Source of the DNA: a virus
Virus record (IMG/VR): IMGVR_UViG_3300015371_000021
Span: 8,190-72,189 of that record
Length of the DNA: 64,000 bases
Reading direction: 5' to 3' (one strand)
The notes under the pieces are model-generated. The model was not told where the DNA came from. It did not search any database and worked only from the letters and a program-made list of their open reading frames with translations. The translations under genes and the position numbers were made by a program. Positions 35,192 to 45,055 of this stretch are shown piece by piece. Within the stretch, counting starts at the first letter, position 1. Each line of letters starts with the position of its first letter.

Positions 35192-37248
35192 TAATAACCC
35201 CTGCCATCTGCCGCGACACGATAGCGAAACTTTCCCAGCCGGTTGAAGGAGCCGATGTCGTTGCCCTCCACCAAGATCGCCATCTGACGACCGCGCCCGG
35301 CGAACGGCGGGATGTACGCCGCGTGCGGCGACCAGGCGAACGGCCCGACGACGCTGTAATCGTCCGACGGTAGGTTGCGAAACAGCAGCGAGATGCGAAT
35401 TTGCGGCTCGCCCAAGGTGATGAAGTCCGGAATGAACTGATCGACGAACTCCATGTCCTCGCCCTCGCCGAGGAAGAAGTCCGCGGTCTGCCAGGACCAG
35501 GCTATGCCTGTGCCATTGTCATCGCGCCCAATCTCGTGCTGCAGCATCAGTCCCGACGGATCGGTGCCAAGCGGGATGCCTGGCGCGGAGCCAGCCTGCA
35601 GCGTATGGCCGACCCAGGCGGTGCGCTGCAGCTGCGGCGAGATCGAGTAATCCCAGGCGTTTTCCACCACGTTGAACTTGACTGAGCCGCGGGTGACGCT
35701 GCCCGCAACGTAGAGGTCTGACGCAGGGTCGATCGGAAAGAACAGCTCGAATTCGTTGTAGGTCGCGTTGACGCCCATGTGAAACAGGCCGGGTTGGTTG
35801 AGGTCCCAGTTGTTGTAGAGGATGTCCCAGACCGAGCACGGCACCGGCTGCGGCGCGCCGCCAGCGATGCTCATCATGTAGAAGCCATGCGGCGATAGCC
35901 AGAACACGACCTGTCCGAGCACCGCAAAGCAGCGCATGCCGAGCAGCCCGCAACGCTGCGCGATCGGCTGAAATCCAAACACGAACGGCAGGCCCATATA
36001 GGTCATCGACCAGGCGCCAAGATCAGTCCAGAGGATGGCACCGAGGCCGGTGGGAAGGCCGCCAACCAGGCGGTTGCCTTGCGGGATGGTAAACGAGCCG
36101 GCCTGATTGAACTCGGTCGGCACCCAGTCGGTGTAGTCGCCGTTGGTCGACCAGCGCACCAGCATCGGCTGCTGCTGGCCAAACACTTCGGCGCCCAGCG
36201 CCACCACCATCCGGGCCTGCGACATGACGAAGACCGCGGTATTCGCGGTCGGCGCGTCGGGAGAGACAATGGCGGCCGGCACGATGGCCGGTGGGGTCCA
36301 CTGATAAATTCCACCGCCGCTCGGGCTGGCGATTAGCACCGCGCCCCAGTTGGTCAGCGACCACTGCCGCATCGGTTGGATCGCCTGCTCGGACGCGAGC
36401 GACCCACCATAGTCTCCGGCGCCGTAGTCGCCGCCGCCATAACCAGAGAGCGCGGTGTCCTGCGCAAAGCCGGTCTGCAGCAGGTAGCGAATTTGCGCCG
36501 CACCGCCGTTGAGCGGCACGGTGGCGCCGCCAGAGGCGGTGTCAGTAACGCTGATGGTAAAGTGCGAACTGTCCGGCACAGTCTCCACGGCATAGAGCCC
36601 TTCGACTGTCACTCCGGAGAACGTGGTCGGGACCACCGCATTATAGGGCGAGCCGACGGCAAGACCGTGTTGCGGGAATTCCACCGTGATCACCGCGCTG
36701 CCGCCGGTCGACGTGTAGGTCGGCACCACCCCGCCCGACGTGGTAAACGTCGCGGGTGTCGCTGCCTCGACGGTGTATTCCGTGCCGCCGCCGGCACCCG
36801 ATACCTGGTAGATACCAAACAGGATCAGCCCGTCGATCGAGACCGGTGTGGCGATGCTGATCCAGTCGCCAATCTGCGGCGCGTGGTCCGGGTCATCGAT
36901 GGTGACCGCGGTGGACCCACCCTGCGTCGAGAAGGCCGGCAGCGGATTGGTGGTCGCCTGTAAGGGCGTAATGTCATCGATCACGCCGCCGGTGAACACT
37001 TCCAGCCGCTGCTCAGTACCGGCGACGATGTAGGAGTTGCCCTTGAGATCATCGAAGGCATGCAGCCCGCTACAGGTGCCGATCAGACGTTCGGCGGTCA
37101 GTTGCTGCCACCCGCCACGCTTTTCCGGCAGACCCGAACGGAACCGGATTAGCCGAGATGTATTCAGCTTGGTCTGGTTAGTCGTCGGGGTGTTCTGGAC
37201 GTCGACCCCTGGCTCCAGGGTGAGGTCACGGTAAGCCACGGGTGTCAC
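35191..37248 (-). CDS. Tail tubular/nozzle protein (P22 gp10/T7 gp12-like) with inserted beta domains
   Basis: IRFRSGLPEKRGGW N-terminus; VRWS..DYTDW; beta-propeller-like; position in the operon. Confidence 0.8.
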   Translation of the reverse strand: MTPVAYRDLTLEPGVDVQNTPTTNQTKLNTSRLIRFRSGLPEKRGGWQQLTAERLIGTCSGLHAFDDLKGNSYIVAGTEQRLEVFTGGVIDDITPLQATTNPLPAFSTQGGSTAVTIDDPDHAPQIGDWISIATPVSIDGLILFGIYQVSGAGGGTEYTVEAATPATFTTSGGVVPTYTSTGGSAVITVEFPQHGLAVGSPYNAVVPTTFSGVTVEGLYAVETVPDSSHFTISVTDTASGGATVPLNGGAAQIRYLLQTGFAQDTALSGYGGGDYGAGDYGGSLASEQAIQPMRQWSLTNWGAVLIASPSGGGIYQWTPPAIVPAAIVSPDAPTANTAVFVMSQARMVVALGAEVFGQQQPMLVRWSTNGDYTDWVPTEFNQAGSFTIPQGNRLVGGLPTGLGAILWTDLGAWSMTYMGLPFVFGFQPIAQRCGLLGMRCFAVLGQVVFWLSPHGFYMMSIAGGAPQPVPCSVWDILYNNWDLNQPGLFHMGVNATYNEFELFFPIDPASDLYVAGSVTRGSVKFNVVENAWDYSISPQLQRTAWVGHTLQAGSAPGIPLGTDPSGLMLQHEIGRDDNGTGIAWSWQTADFFLGEGEDMEFVDQFIPDFITLGEPQIRISLLFRNLPSDDYSVVGPFAWSPHAAYIPPFAGRGRQMAILVEGNDIGSFNRLGKFRYRVAADGRGY

Positions 37249-39013
37249 CTGCCGTCGCGGCCTTCAGTTCATCCAGCTCACGCATGACGTGTTGCAGTGC
37301 AGCAGTTAGGTAGGCGACGTCGTGCGCATAGTCGCGCGTCAGGCGATAGCCGCCCGCTACAGTGCCGTCGCTCTCGGCGTATTCGGGGCGCGCGTCCGGC
37401 ACCGGCACCAGCGCGGCGCCGCGTCCGTTGATCCATTCCTCTTGGGCGATAAAGCCCGAGGAGTCCTTGCCGCCCTTCCAGGTAAAGGTGACCGGCCTGG
37501 CACGGTCGATCCACTCGCGCGCTCGCGCGGGGGAGATGGTTTCGATGGCTTCCTTGGCGCGGGCATCAGACGTGGTGAAGAAACCCTGGCCGACATAGGA
37601 GTTCGATGCGTTGCAACCGATCGCGACCGGACCCCATGCGCCTGGCGTGGTCGCAACGGATGGTTGGATGACGTAGCAGCCGTTGCCACTGATCGCGGCT
37701 GCGCCGCCGAGAGAGACCAGGCCACTAACATTGAGGGTAGTGCTGACCGATACACTCCCGGTCACGGCGAGGGTCGTCAGGAAGGCCCCGGACGCATTGA
37801 GTATGTGCGCGCCGCTGCCCGCATTGATCGTCGGCGCGGTGACAGTTGGAGCGGTGAGCAAATTCCCCGAGACCGTGCCGGACGCAGTGAGCGATGGGGC
37901 GGTGATTGCCGGGGCGGTGAGGTCCGTCGCGGTGAGCGTAATGCCGCCCGAGGTGTTGACGGTGAACCCGGCGCCCCCGCCGCCATGGTACTGTATATAC
38001 TGACCGGAGGCGAAGTTGAGCTGCTGATTACCCGACGCGTTCGGCTCGGCGTAGAACTGCGCACCGGTGCCGAAATTCGTTCGACCGTTGACGGTCAGGT
38101 TGCCGGTAATGGTCTGGCTGCCGTTGACCGTGCCACCCGAATTGGTGGCGGCTGAGCCGGTGATGTTGATCGCGTAAGTGCCGCCGTCGTTCAACACCGG
38201 CTGCGCGCCGGAGACTGTCAGGCCGCCATTACACGCCGTCGTACCGCCCACGATAAGCGCGCCGCCGATCGATGTTCCGGCGTGGGTACCGTCGATCGAC
38301 ACCGCGCCGGTGCTCATGTTCCAAGAGAACGGCCGGAGACTGTCCCACGACCCGAACGGTTGGCCAGCCGCCGTCTGCATGAAGAACGTGGAGGAGCCGT
38401 CGTTATGGATGAACATGGCGCGCCCGCCACCGATGGCGCGGAATTGAGCGCCGCCTTGGTCGGTGCCCTGTGCGGTGATGCCACCTGACGCGGAGAACAT
38501 GCCGCCACCCGAGGCGATAGCCCCGCCGGCGGAGATGTTCGCGGTGACGTTTGCGCTGCCGCCGACGGTCAGATCGCCGGTCGTGGTTTGTCCGCCGACG
38601 CCGACGTTCAGCGACGAGACATTGGTGAAGCCGTCGGTCCAGTAGAGATACCAGAGATTGTCGTTGGGCACGGTCAGCGTTGTCCCGCCGCCAGCAGTCA
38701 GGGTCAGTATCTGCCCACCGGTGGTCGCGTTCCGCACGTAGCCGATTTTCTGCACGTTCGGCATGTGAATATTGCAGGCGCTCGCCAACGTGCCGATGAA
38801 AGTCTTCATCCGATAGCGCCGCTCGTCGGGCACACCATTGCCAACGGTGAGCGTGTAATCGAGCCGGTTGGAGATATCGATTGTCACGAGCCCGTCGAGC
38901 GACTGGTCCTCCAAGGTCGCGTTGGTGCTGTTCGGCGCGCCCCAGGAATTGCGAATCGACGGATCGAACGGCTGCAGCACCGCAAAGCCGTTCGACTGGG
39001 TATACGTAGTCAT
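37226..39013 (-). CDS. Tail fibre with C-terminal intramolecular chaperone (peptidase S74)
   Basis: TTSDARAKEAI...PVTFTW...GFIAQE...DY..VAYLTAALQ. Confidence 0.88.
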   Translation of the reverse strand: MTTYTQSNGFAVLQPFDPSIRNSWGAPNSTNATLEDQSLDGLVTIDISNRLDYTLTVGNGVPDERRYRMKTFIGTLASACNIHMPNVQKIGYVRNATTGGQILTLTAGGGTTLTVPNDNLWYLYWTDGFTNVSSLNVGVGGQTTTGDLTVGGSANVTANISAGGAIASGGGMFSASGGITAQGTDQGGAQFRAIGGGRAMFIHNDGSSTFFMQTAAGQPFGSWDSLRPFSWNMSTGAVSIDGTHAGTSIGGALIVGGTTACNGGLTVSGAQPVLNDGGTYAINITGSAATNSGGTVNGSQTITGNLTVNGRTNFGTGAQFYAEPNASGNQQLNFASGQYIQYHGGGGAGFTVNTSGGITLTATDLTAPAITAPSLTASGTVSGNLLTAPTVTAPTINAGSGAHILNASGAFLTTLAVTGSVSVSTTLNVSGLVSLGGAAAISGNGCYVIQPSVATTPGAWGPVAIGCNASNSYVGQGFFTTSDARAKEAIETISPARAREWIDRARPVTFTWKGGKDSSGFIAQEEWINGRGAALVPVPDARPEYAESDGTVAGGYRLTRDYAHDVAYLTAALQHVMRELDELKAATAGDTRGLP

Positions 39014-39723
39014 GCGGCTCTCCTATCCGCGTCGGACATGCCGCGGCGGCGCATCTCCTCACCCTTGGCCGCGGCTAGGTGTTTCGTGAAGAGCGCTTCC
39101 CAGCTGAGCGCCTGGCCGGTTTCGTCGGCCGCAGCGCCGTAGTTACGATTGAGCGCGCCCGCAAGAAATACGCAGATCGCCGCCTGCAGCAGCTCGGGAT
39201 ACTGACGCGACAGATAGGTTGAGGGATTGGTTACGCTCATCGGTGAGGCGGCAAACAACCCACCGAGTCTGACCGTGTAAGCATTGTCCGGCGTTGGTGC
39301 GATCACCACGCTGGTCGCGTCACGCAGCGCCCAATAGCGCCCGCCCTGCCAGGTCAGCGATGGCATCATGGTGGTGAATTCGTTGGGCCAGACGCGATCG
39401 ATGAAATCGATGCTGACCCGATCGAAGGGAATCAGCCCGCCATTGACCACCAGGCGAAGCACTTCCGGCGTAACCAGCGGCAGCGGGGTCGCGGACAGAT
39501 CGATGACACGCGATCCCGTGGTGGTCGACGCAGAACTGTCCTCGACATACGACGCGATGAAAGGAATTTCATGGTAGATGCGCGTCTCGGCGGTACTTAC
39601 GGCAATCGGGAACTGGGCGAGGAACAGCGTGTCGTAGACCGGTGTGGTTGGCACAGGCGACGGCAAACGCCCCATTGCAATGGCACAGGATTGCATCAGC
39701 GAGGACCAGGTTTGCTCAGCCAT
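39010..39723 (-). CDS. Head-tail adaptor/tail tubular A-like protein
   Basis: AETRIY...IAPTPDNAYTV...TYLS..YPELL. Confidence 0.8.
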   Translation of the reverse strand: MAEQTWSSLMQSCAIAMGRLPSPVPTTPVYDTLFLAQFPIAVSTAETRIYHEIPFIASYVEDSSASTTTGSRVIDLSATPLPLVTPEVLRLVVNGGLIPFDRVSIDFIDRVWPNEFTTMMPSLTWQGGRYWALRDATSVVIAPTPDNAYTVRLGGLFAASPMSVTNPSTYLSRQYPELLQAAICVFLAGALNRNYGAAADETGQALSWEALFTKHLAAAKGEEMRRRGMSDADRRAA

Positions 39724-39735
39724 CGTGGATGTCCA

Positions 39736-39933
39736 TCAACGCGCCCGCCAGCCGATTGTCGTCGGACGCACCTGACTGCCGATGTTGAACCCCTGAGTGA
39801 ATGCGTCGCGCTTAAACCCGCCAGCCGCACCTCCGCCGGCACCGATCGCGCCCTCTGACCGCCGCGCGCGCCAGGGCAGCAGAAACGCCAACAAAAGTGC
39901 GCCTAGCGAACGGCGACTAAGTAACGCTCTCAT
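39736..39933 (-). CDS. Small protein with twin-arginine-like leader
   Basis: MRALLSRRSLGALLLAFLLP; ATGA-coupled to the upstream gene. Confidence 0.55.
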   Translation of the reverse strand: MRALLSRRSLGALLLAFLLPWRARRSEGAIGAGGGAAGGFKRDAFTQGFNIGSQVRPTTIGWRAR

Positions 39934-42668
39934 CCGGTGCGTCCGTTGATAAAGGCGGTGATGGTGCCAGTCGTCTTGGTAAAGCAGGTCGTTGCACTGG
40001 AAACCACCGCAGTGATGCCGGTGGAGAACACCTGCGGTGGCCCCGGGGAATAGTCGATCTGTGCGTAGCTCGACGCCGGTAGCGGCACGCACGCGAGTGG
40101 CGTGACTGCGCCATCTGCTGGTGACGTGGTGGAATTCAGCACCAGCAGGAACCCAGCAGTCGATGTCAGGTTGGTCGCGTAGACGCTGTACAGATTGCCA
40201 GCGCTGGCCTTCAGCACGTGATTATTCTCAGCCGCACTGGAAACCACAGAAGTAATACCGGCGGCGGAGGCGGACGTCGGCGCGACGGTGGTCTGCACCG
40301 GCGTCATGCCGGACGAGCCCTGCACCGTCCACGGACCAGACGCCTGAGTGACGGCGCCGATCGTGTTCGAGCCCGGCGGCAACTGGGTATTCACGGTGAC
40401 CAGCGTGTTGCCGCCGCTGTCACACTGCACCGGCGAAGAGCGGGTGGAGGTAATAGCGGTCGGCGCGGTGTTGAACTGACAGCCGGTGAGAATGGCGTTG
40501 GCCGGGGACACCGCGTTCTGCCCGGCAAAGTCCAGCACCGCCCCACCATTGCCGAGCAGGTTCACCGTCGCCTTCAGATTAGCCGCAGTCGCCTGCGCCA
40601 CGGTGGCATTCAGGTTGGCCGCGGTGGATTGGCTGACTACGAGCGCCGTGCCGTTGGCACCGGTGTTGGCGAGCGACACCTGCAGGGGAGTGGTGGACGT
40701 GCCGACCTCGGTGCCGGAGGCGTCACGCAGGTTGGAAAACAGCGCCCGCTGCGCCGTCACCTGAAACGCACCCTGCTGCCCGGTAGTGAGTGCGTTGGAG
40801 GTGGCGGTGGTCTGGAAAAAGCCGCCCACCAGGGTCTGCGGCGAGGTGCTGGCGGTGAAGGTACTCTTGTCCGCCGCTGTCGTGGTCGTGCAGCCGCTGT
40901 CGCAGACGATGTGCAGATTGGTGCCGGTGGCCTGGGACACCGTCGCATTCAAGTTCGACGCCGTCGACTGGCTTACCTGGATCGGCGTCATTGAGGCGAT
41001 GCCCTGGACTGTCATCACGCCGGTGTCTGACGTCCCGGCAGTGCCTGCTCCCGTCGCCTGCGTCTTTAGGTTCGACGCGGTGGCCTGGCTGACATTGGCA
41101 TTGAGGTTCGCCGCCGTGCTCTGCACCACAGTCGCGTTCAAGTTGGCCGCTGTGCTCTGCGCCGCCGTCACCAGCACCGCCGTGCCATTGGCTGCCGTGT
41201 TAGCCAGTGAGACCTGTACCGGCGTGGTCGAAGTGCCGATTTCCGTGCCCGACGCGTTGCGCAGGTTGGTGAACAGCGCGCGATTCGCGGTGACCTGAAA
41301 CGCGCCCATCTGGCCGGTGGTCAGCGCGTTGTTTGTCGCGGTGGTCTGAAACACGCCACCGATTGGCGTCTGCGAGGTGGTGCTGAATGTAAAGGTCGAC
41401 GCGTCGGCCGGTGCGGTCGAGGACGAGCAACCGCTGTCGCAGGAAACATGCAGGCTGGCGCCAGACGACTGTGCCACGGTGACCGCCGTCCCCGAGGCGA
41501 TGCCCTGGATGGTCTGCACGCCGGTGTCAGGCGTGCCTGCAGTACCCGCGCCGGTGACCTTAGCGTTCAGGTTCGCTGCGGTACTCTGCACCACGGTCGC
41601 GTTAAGATTCCCGGCCGTCGCCTGCGACACCTGCACCGGCGTCATTGACGCGATGCCTTGGACCGTCAGCACGCCCGCGTTGGCCGTGCCGGCGGTGCCG
41701 GCACCGATAACGGTCGCGTTCAGATTGGCCGCCGCGGCCTGACTGACGGTGACCGGTGTGGCGTTGGAAGCAGTGTTGGCAAGCGAGACCTGCAGCGGCA
41801 CAGCAGCGACCCCGGCCTCAGCCCCCGTTGCGTTGCGCAGGTTGACATGCAGTGCGCGGTTAATCGTCGCTTGCACCGCGCCCATCTGACCCGAGGTCAA
41901 TGGATTGGACGTCGCCGTCGTCTGATATACCGCGCCGATCGGCGTCTGCGATGACGAGCCGAAGGTAAATGCCCCCTGATCGGCCGGCGCTCCGGTAGCC
42001 GAGCAGCCACTATCGCAGACCATGTGCAAATTGGACCCGGTGCCTTGGACAGCGGTGACCGTGCCGGATACCGTCGCCAGCAAATTGCCGGCGCTGGCAT
42101 TGTTGACGATCAGCGGGGTCATCCCCGAGATGCCTTGCACCGTCTGCACCCCGGTGTCAGCGGTGCCTGCGGTGCCGGCGCCAGTCGCCTGCGTCTTCAA
42201 ATTCGCCGCGGTGGATTGGATTGCCGTCACAGACCCGCCGGCTTGCACCGAGACAGAGACCGGGGTCATGCCCGCGATACCCTGGACGGTCATCACGCCA
42301 GCATTCGCCGTACCCGCTGCCCCAGCACCGACCACGGTCGCGTTCAGATTTGCCGCCGTCGCGTTGTTGACGATCACCGGCGTCATCGACGCGATGCCCT
42401 GAATCGTCAGCACGCCAGCGTCAGCAGTTCCTGCGGTACCCTTACCGGTCGCGAGCACAGAGAGTCCAAGCGTCGCAGAAACCGGCGCGCAGGTGTTCGG
42501 ATCAGTCGCGTCGCAGGTAATACCGCGGTTAGAGAACTGGCCGCCGATATTGGCCTTCACGTTCATCTGCTGATTGGCGCCGTCGGCGTCTTTGATCTTC
42601 AGTCCGTCGGCGTGCGCCGGGACCGATACCAAGAGCAGGAGAAGAGCAACGATCCATCGCGCCATCAC
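39930..42668 (-). CDS. Signal-peptide-bearing repetitive fibre/adhesin-like protein
   Basis: MMARWIVALLLLLVSVPAHA-D leader; GAGTAGT.D.GV.TVQGIASMTP and QATAANLNATV repeats; three CDSGC blocks. Confidence 0.8.
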   Translation of the reverse strand: MMARWIVALLLLLVSVPAHADGLKIKDADGANQQMNVKANIGGQFSNRGITCDATDPNTCAPVSATLGLSVLATGKGTAGTADAGVLTIQGIASMTPVIVNNATAANLNATVVGAGAAGTANAGVMTVQGIAGMTPVSVSVQAGGSVTAIQSTAANLKTQATGAGTAGTADTGVQTVQGISGMTPLIVNNASAGNLLATVSGTVTAVQGTGSNLHMVCDSGCSATGAPADQGAFTFGSSSQTPIGAVYQTTATSNPLTSGQMGAVQATINRALHVNLRNATGAEAGVAAVPLQVSLANTASNATPVTVSQAAAANLNATVIGAGTAGTANAGVLTVQGIASMTPVQVSQATAGNLNATVVQSTAANLNAKVTGAGTAGTPDTGVQTIQGIASGTAVTVAQSSGASLHVSCDSGCSSSTAPADASTFTFSTTSQTPIGGVFQTTATNNALTTGQMGAFQVTANRALFTNLRNASGTEIGTSTTPVQVSLANTAANGTAVLVTAAQSTAANLNATVVQSTAANLNANVSQATASNLKTQATGAGTAGTSDTGVMTVQGIASMTPIQVSQSTASNLNATVSQATGTNLHIVCDSGCTTTTAADKSTFTASTSPQTLVGGFFQTTATSNALTTGQQGAFQVTAQRALFSNLRDASGTEVGTSTTPLQVSLANTGANGTALVVSQSTAANLNATVAQATAANLKATVNLLGNGGAVLDFAGQNAVSPANAILTGCQFNTAPTAITSTRSSPVQCDSGGNTLVTVNTQLPPGSNTIGAVTQASGPWTVQGSSGMTPVQTTVAPTSASAAGITSVVSSAAENNHVLKASAGNLYSVYATNLTSTAGFLLVLNSTTSPADGAVTPLACVPLPASSYAQIDYSPGPPQVFSTGITAVVSSATTCFTKTTGTITAFINGRTG

Positions 42669-43294
42669 GAGATCACCGGTAGGTATTGCGTATTGTCTGG
42701 GTCGGAGAAATCCAACTGCCCTTGCTGCCCACCCGGAGGCACCGGCGTCGTTCCAGGTCCCGCGTCGACCATGATCGGGACGCCCTGATCGTCGGTGATG
42801 ATGTTGCCCTGATCGTCGGTGAGATACGCGAACAGCTCAGCCGGCGGTGGTGGCGGGGGTGGTGGTGGCGCCGCCTGTCCCCGGTCAAGCATGATCGGCT
42901 TGCCGAGATCATCGGTGATGACGTTCCCCAGGTCGTCGGTCAGGAAGTCAAACAGCGGTTCGACGAACGGCGGCACCGCCTCGAATGGCTCGAATGGGAA
43001 GAACGGCGGCGGCGCGGGGCCTGCCTGCTGCGTCACATAACCAGGGCGCGGGTGCTTCAGTGGCCGCGGATCAGGCGGGATGACGATCGGTCGTAGGTGA
43101 TGGTGCGGCCGGTCCTCACAGGTCCCGCACACCAGAATGCGCAGATTAGCCAATTGCGGGCCGCGAAAGTCGTGCTGCCAGCGCAGATCACCGAGCCAAT
43201 AGCGATGGTTGCAGCGGTCGCAGTAGCCGATCGGCTGCGGCTTATTGAGGTCAGCATAGTTGCGGGTGAGGCCCTTACCCATAGTAGGCCGCAA
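42665..43294 (-). CDS. Virion protein with Zn-ribbon and LTDD.GN repeats
   Basis: CDRC...CGTC.D.P...PPDP.P...PRP; two LTDDxGNxITDDxG repeats joined by poly-Pro. Confidence 0.75.
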   Translation of the reverse strand: MRPTMGKGLTRNYADLNKPQPIGYCDRCNHRYWLGDLRWQHDFRGPQLANLRILVCGTCEDRPHHHLRPIVIPPDPRPLKHPRPGYVTQQAGPAPPPFFPFEPFEAVPPFVEPLFDFLTDDLGNVITDDLGKPIMLDRGQAAPPPPPPPPPAELFAYLTDDQGNIITDDQGVPIMVDAGPGTTPVPPGGQQGQLDFSDPDNTQYLPVIS

Positions 43295-44483
43295 AATCTG
43301 GCACGATGTAGGTCGATACCCGTTCGCGGTCCTCGCCCGCCACCTCTTGCCATTTCATGCCCGCATAGGCCGTCAGCGGCACCGCGCGGTCGGGTGCAAA
43401 CTTGGTCGCCAGCATGGCGGCCAGCTCCGCGGTGTAGGCCTCCAGAAACCGGAACGGCGCCTGCAGCTGCAGGCCGTTGATGATATCGGCGTCCTGGATT
43501 TGCCGCGAGCGGCGATAGCGCAGCTCGAACGGTCCGGTGTTGTCCGGCGCTGGCCAGACGTTGATCACCGGCACGACCTGCCGATCGATCCAAAACGAGG
43601 TCGGCCGTGCCTGCTGGGATTTATTCGGAATCGCCATGTATTCGTCGCGACTAATTGCCCATAGCAATAGATCAGTCGGATTGGATGCGAACCCGATCCC
43701 AGCCACCTGCGACGACAAGAGCGTCTTGCCGCCGTTCTCGGCCAGATTGGTGTTAAACCCCGCCTTAAACGAAGCGAGGATTTGGAACGTGGAGCCGGTC
43801 AGGCTGGTCGGCTGCACGGTATAGGGGCCGAACAGCTGACCACCGCCGATCGCCGTTGGCCGCTCGACGGTGAACGTCTGTCCCGCCAACTTGCCGTGAT
43901 TGGCGAAGGTGACGGTGACAACGTTCGAGGCCTGCGTCATAGCAAACACCGGCACCGAGCCGCCTGGCGTCGAGATGCTGATAGTCGCCGGCTTGCCGGC
44001 ATTGATCACCGCATAGCCCGAAGACGGCACAGACTGCACCTGATAGGTGCCGCTAATGATCAGGCCACCAACCGAAACCTGCACCCCGACATTGATGTAG
44101 CTGCCGACCGTCGGGGTGACCGGGAACCCGCCGATGGCGACATTGGCTGAACCGAGATTGGTGGCAAACGCCGGGGTCACCGAGGTCGGCGCGCCCATCA
44201 TGTATTGGCGCATGGTGACCGAGGCCGGCAGGATATCAACGCAGGACGCGTCGTCGAAATACTGCGTCACCCCTTGCGGCATCGGCTGCACAACCTCTTG
44301 CACCGTCCAGAGGTTGATGCCGCGATTGCTCCAGCTCGACAGCACGAAATTCATCGAGCGGCGCACCGAGGTCGTGCGCTCGTTATTCAGCGAGGTCGCT
44401 GGCAACCCGCACCGCTCAAGCGCGTCGATCGCTATCTCGCTCAGAGCGGGCGCGAAGGCGTAGGTGCCCGTCGTGCCGCTCAT
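43275..44483 (-). CDS. Head-tail connector protein with inserted beta domains
   Basis: EIAIDALERCG...WSNRGINLW...ISRDEY..IPNK...RP...WPAPD. Confidence 0.8.
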   Translation of the reverse strand: MSGTTGTYAFAPALSEIAIDALERCGLPATSLNNERTTSVRRSMNFVLSSWSNRGINLWTVQEVVQPMPQGVTQYFDDASCVDILPASVTMRQYMMGAPTSVTPAFATNLGSANVAIGGFPVTPTVGSYINVGVQVSVGGLIISGTYQVQSVPSSGYAVINAGKPATISISTPGGSVPVFAMTQASNVVTVTFANHGKLAGQTFTVERPTAIGGGQLFGPYTVQPTSLTGSTFQILASFKAGFNTNLAENGGKTLLSSQVAGIGFASNPTDLLLWAISRDEYMAIPNKSQQARPTSFWIDRQVVPVINVWPAPDNTGPFELRYRRSRQIQDADIINGLQLQAPFRFLEAYTAELAAMLATKFAPDRAVPLTAYAGMKWQEVAGEDRERVSTYIVPDFAAYYG

Positions 44484-44492
44484 GGCCCAGGA

Positions 44493-44720
44493 CTACCCCT
44501 TGCCGATGTCGGGATACTTCCGATGCACTGCGGCGCGCACCCGAGCCTTTTCCGACGATGAGCCGTGCTGGCTAACGCGCGCCAATGCGTTAGCCGCGTG
44601 GCTTCGGTCTGGAATAGGATAGCTCCCGGCGCCCGCACCTTTCGGTCCTTTCCCGTGGCCAGGTAAGGCAAAGCTCGACTTCGGCATCGTCTGCCGCTGC
44701 TTCGCGGTCAGCCGGCTCAT
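44493..44720 (-). CDS. Small basic conserved phage protein
   Basis: LTAKQR..MPKSSFALP...YPIPDRSHAANALARV. Confidence 0.75.
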   Translation of the reverse strand: MSRLTAKQRQTMPKSSFALPGHGKGPKGAGAGSYPIPDRSHAANALARVSQHGSSSEKARVRAAVHRKYPDIGKG

Positions 44721-45034
44721 ACCGTCGGCGCCTGCTCGCCCGGACCGCAGCTGCTGTTCTTGCCCTTGGGCGCGGTCGCAGAGCGGTCCGCCGAGTATGG
44801 CGAGCTGGAGCCGCCACGCGCCCGGCCCTTGCGGATCGCACCGCCACGCGCACGCCCCATGTGATGCTTGCCGCCTTCGCCTTCGACCGCGCCGCCATCG
44901 GCCCGACATTTGCTGCCGCCGCGCTTGAAGCCCTCGCTCTTGGCATCGATGTTCTCCGCCGCTGGCGAGCCCTTCGCGTTGTAGAGGTTCATCGAGCCGC
45001 CTGACTTGCGCGACCGCCGGTTTTTGTATGCCAT
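44717..45034 (-). CDS. Basic disordered protein with multiple RAxGG motifs
   Basis: RKSGG, FKRGG, RADGG, RARGG x2. Confidence 0.7.
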   Translation of the reverse strand: MAYKNRRSRKSGGSMNLYNAKGSPAAENIDAKSEGFKRGGSKCRADGGAVEGEGGKHHMGRARGGAIRKGRARGGSSSPYSADRSATAPKGKNSSCGPGEQAPTV

Positions 45035-45055
45035 TCGGATAGCTCCTGCCTTCCG

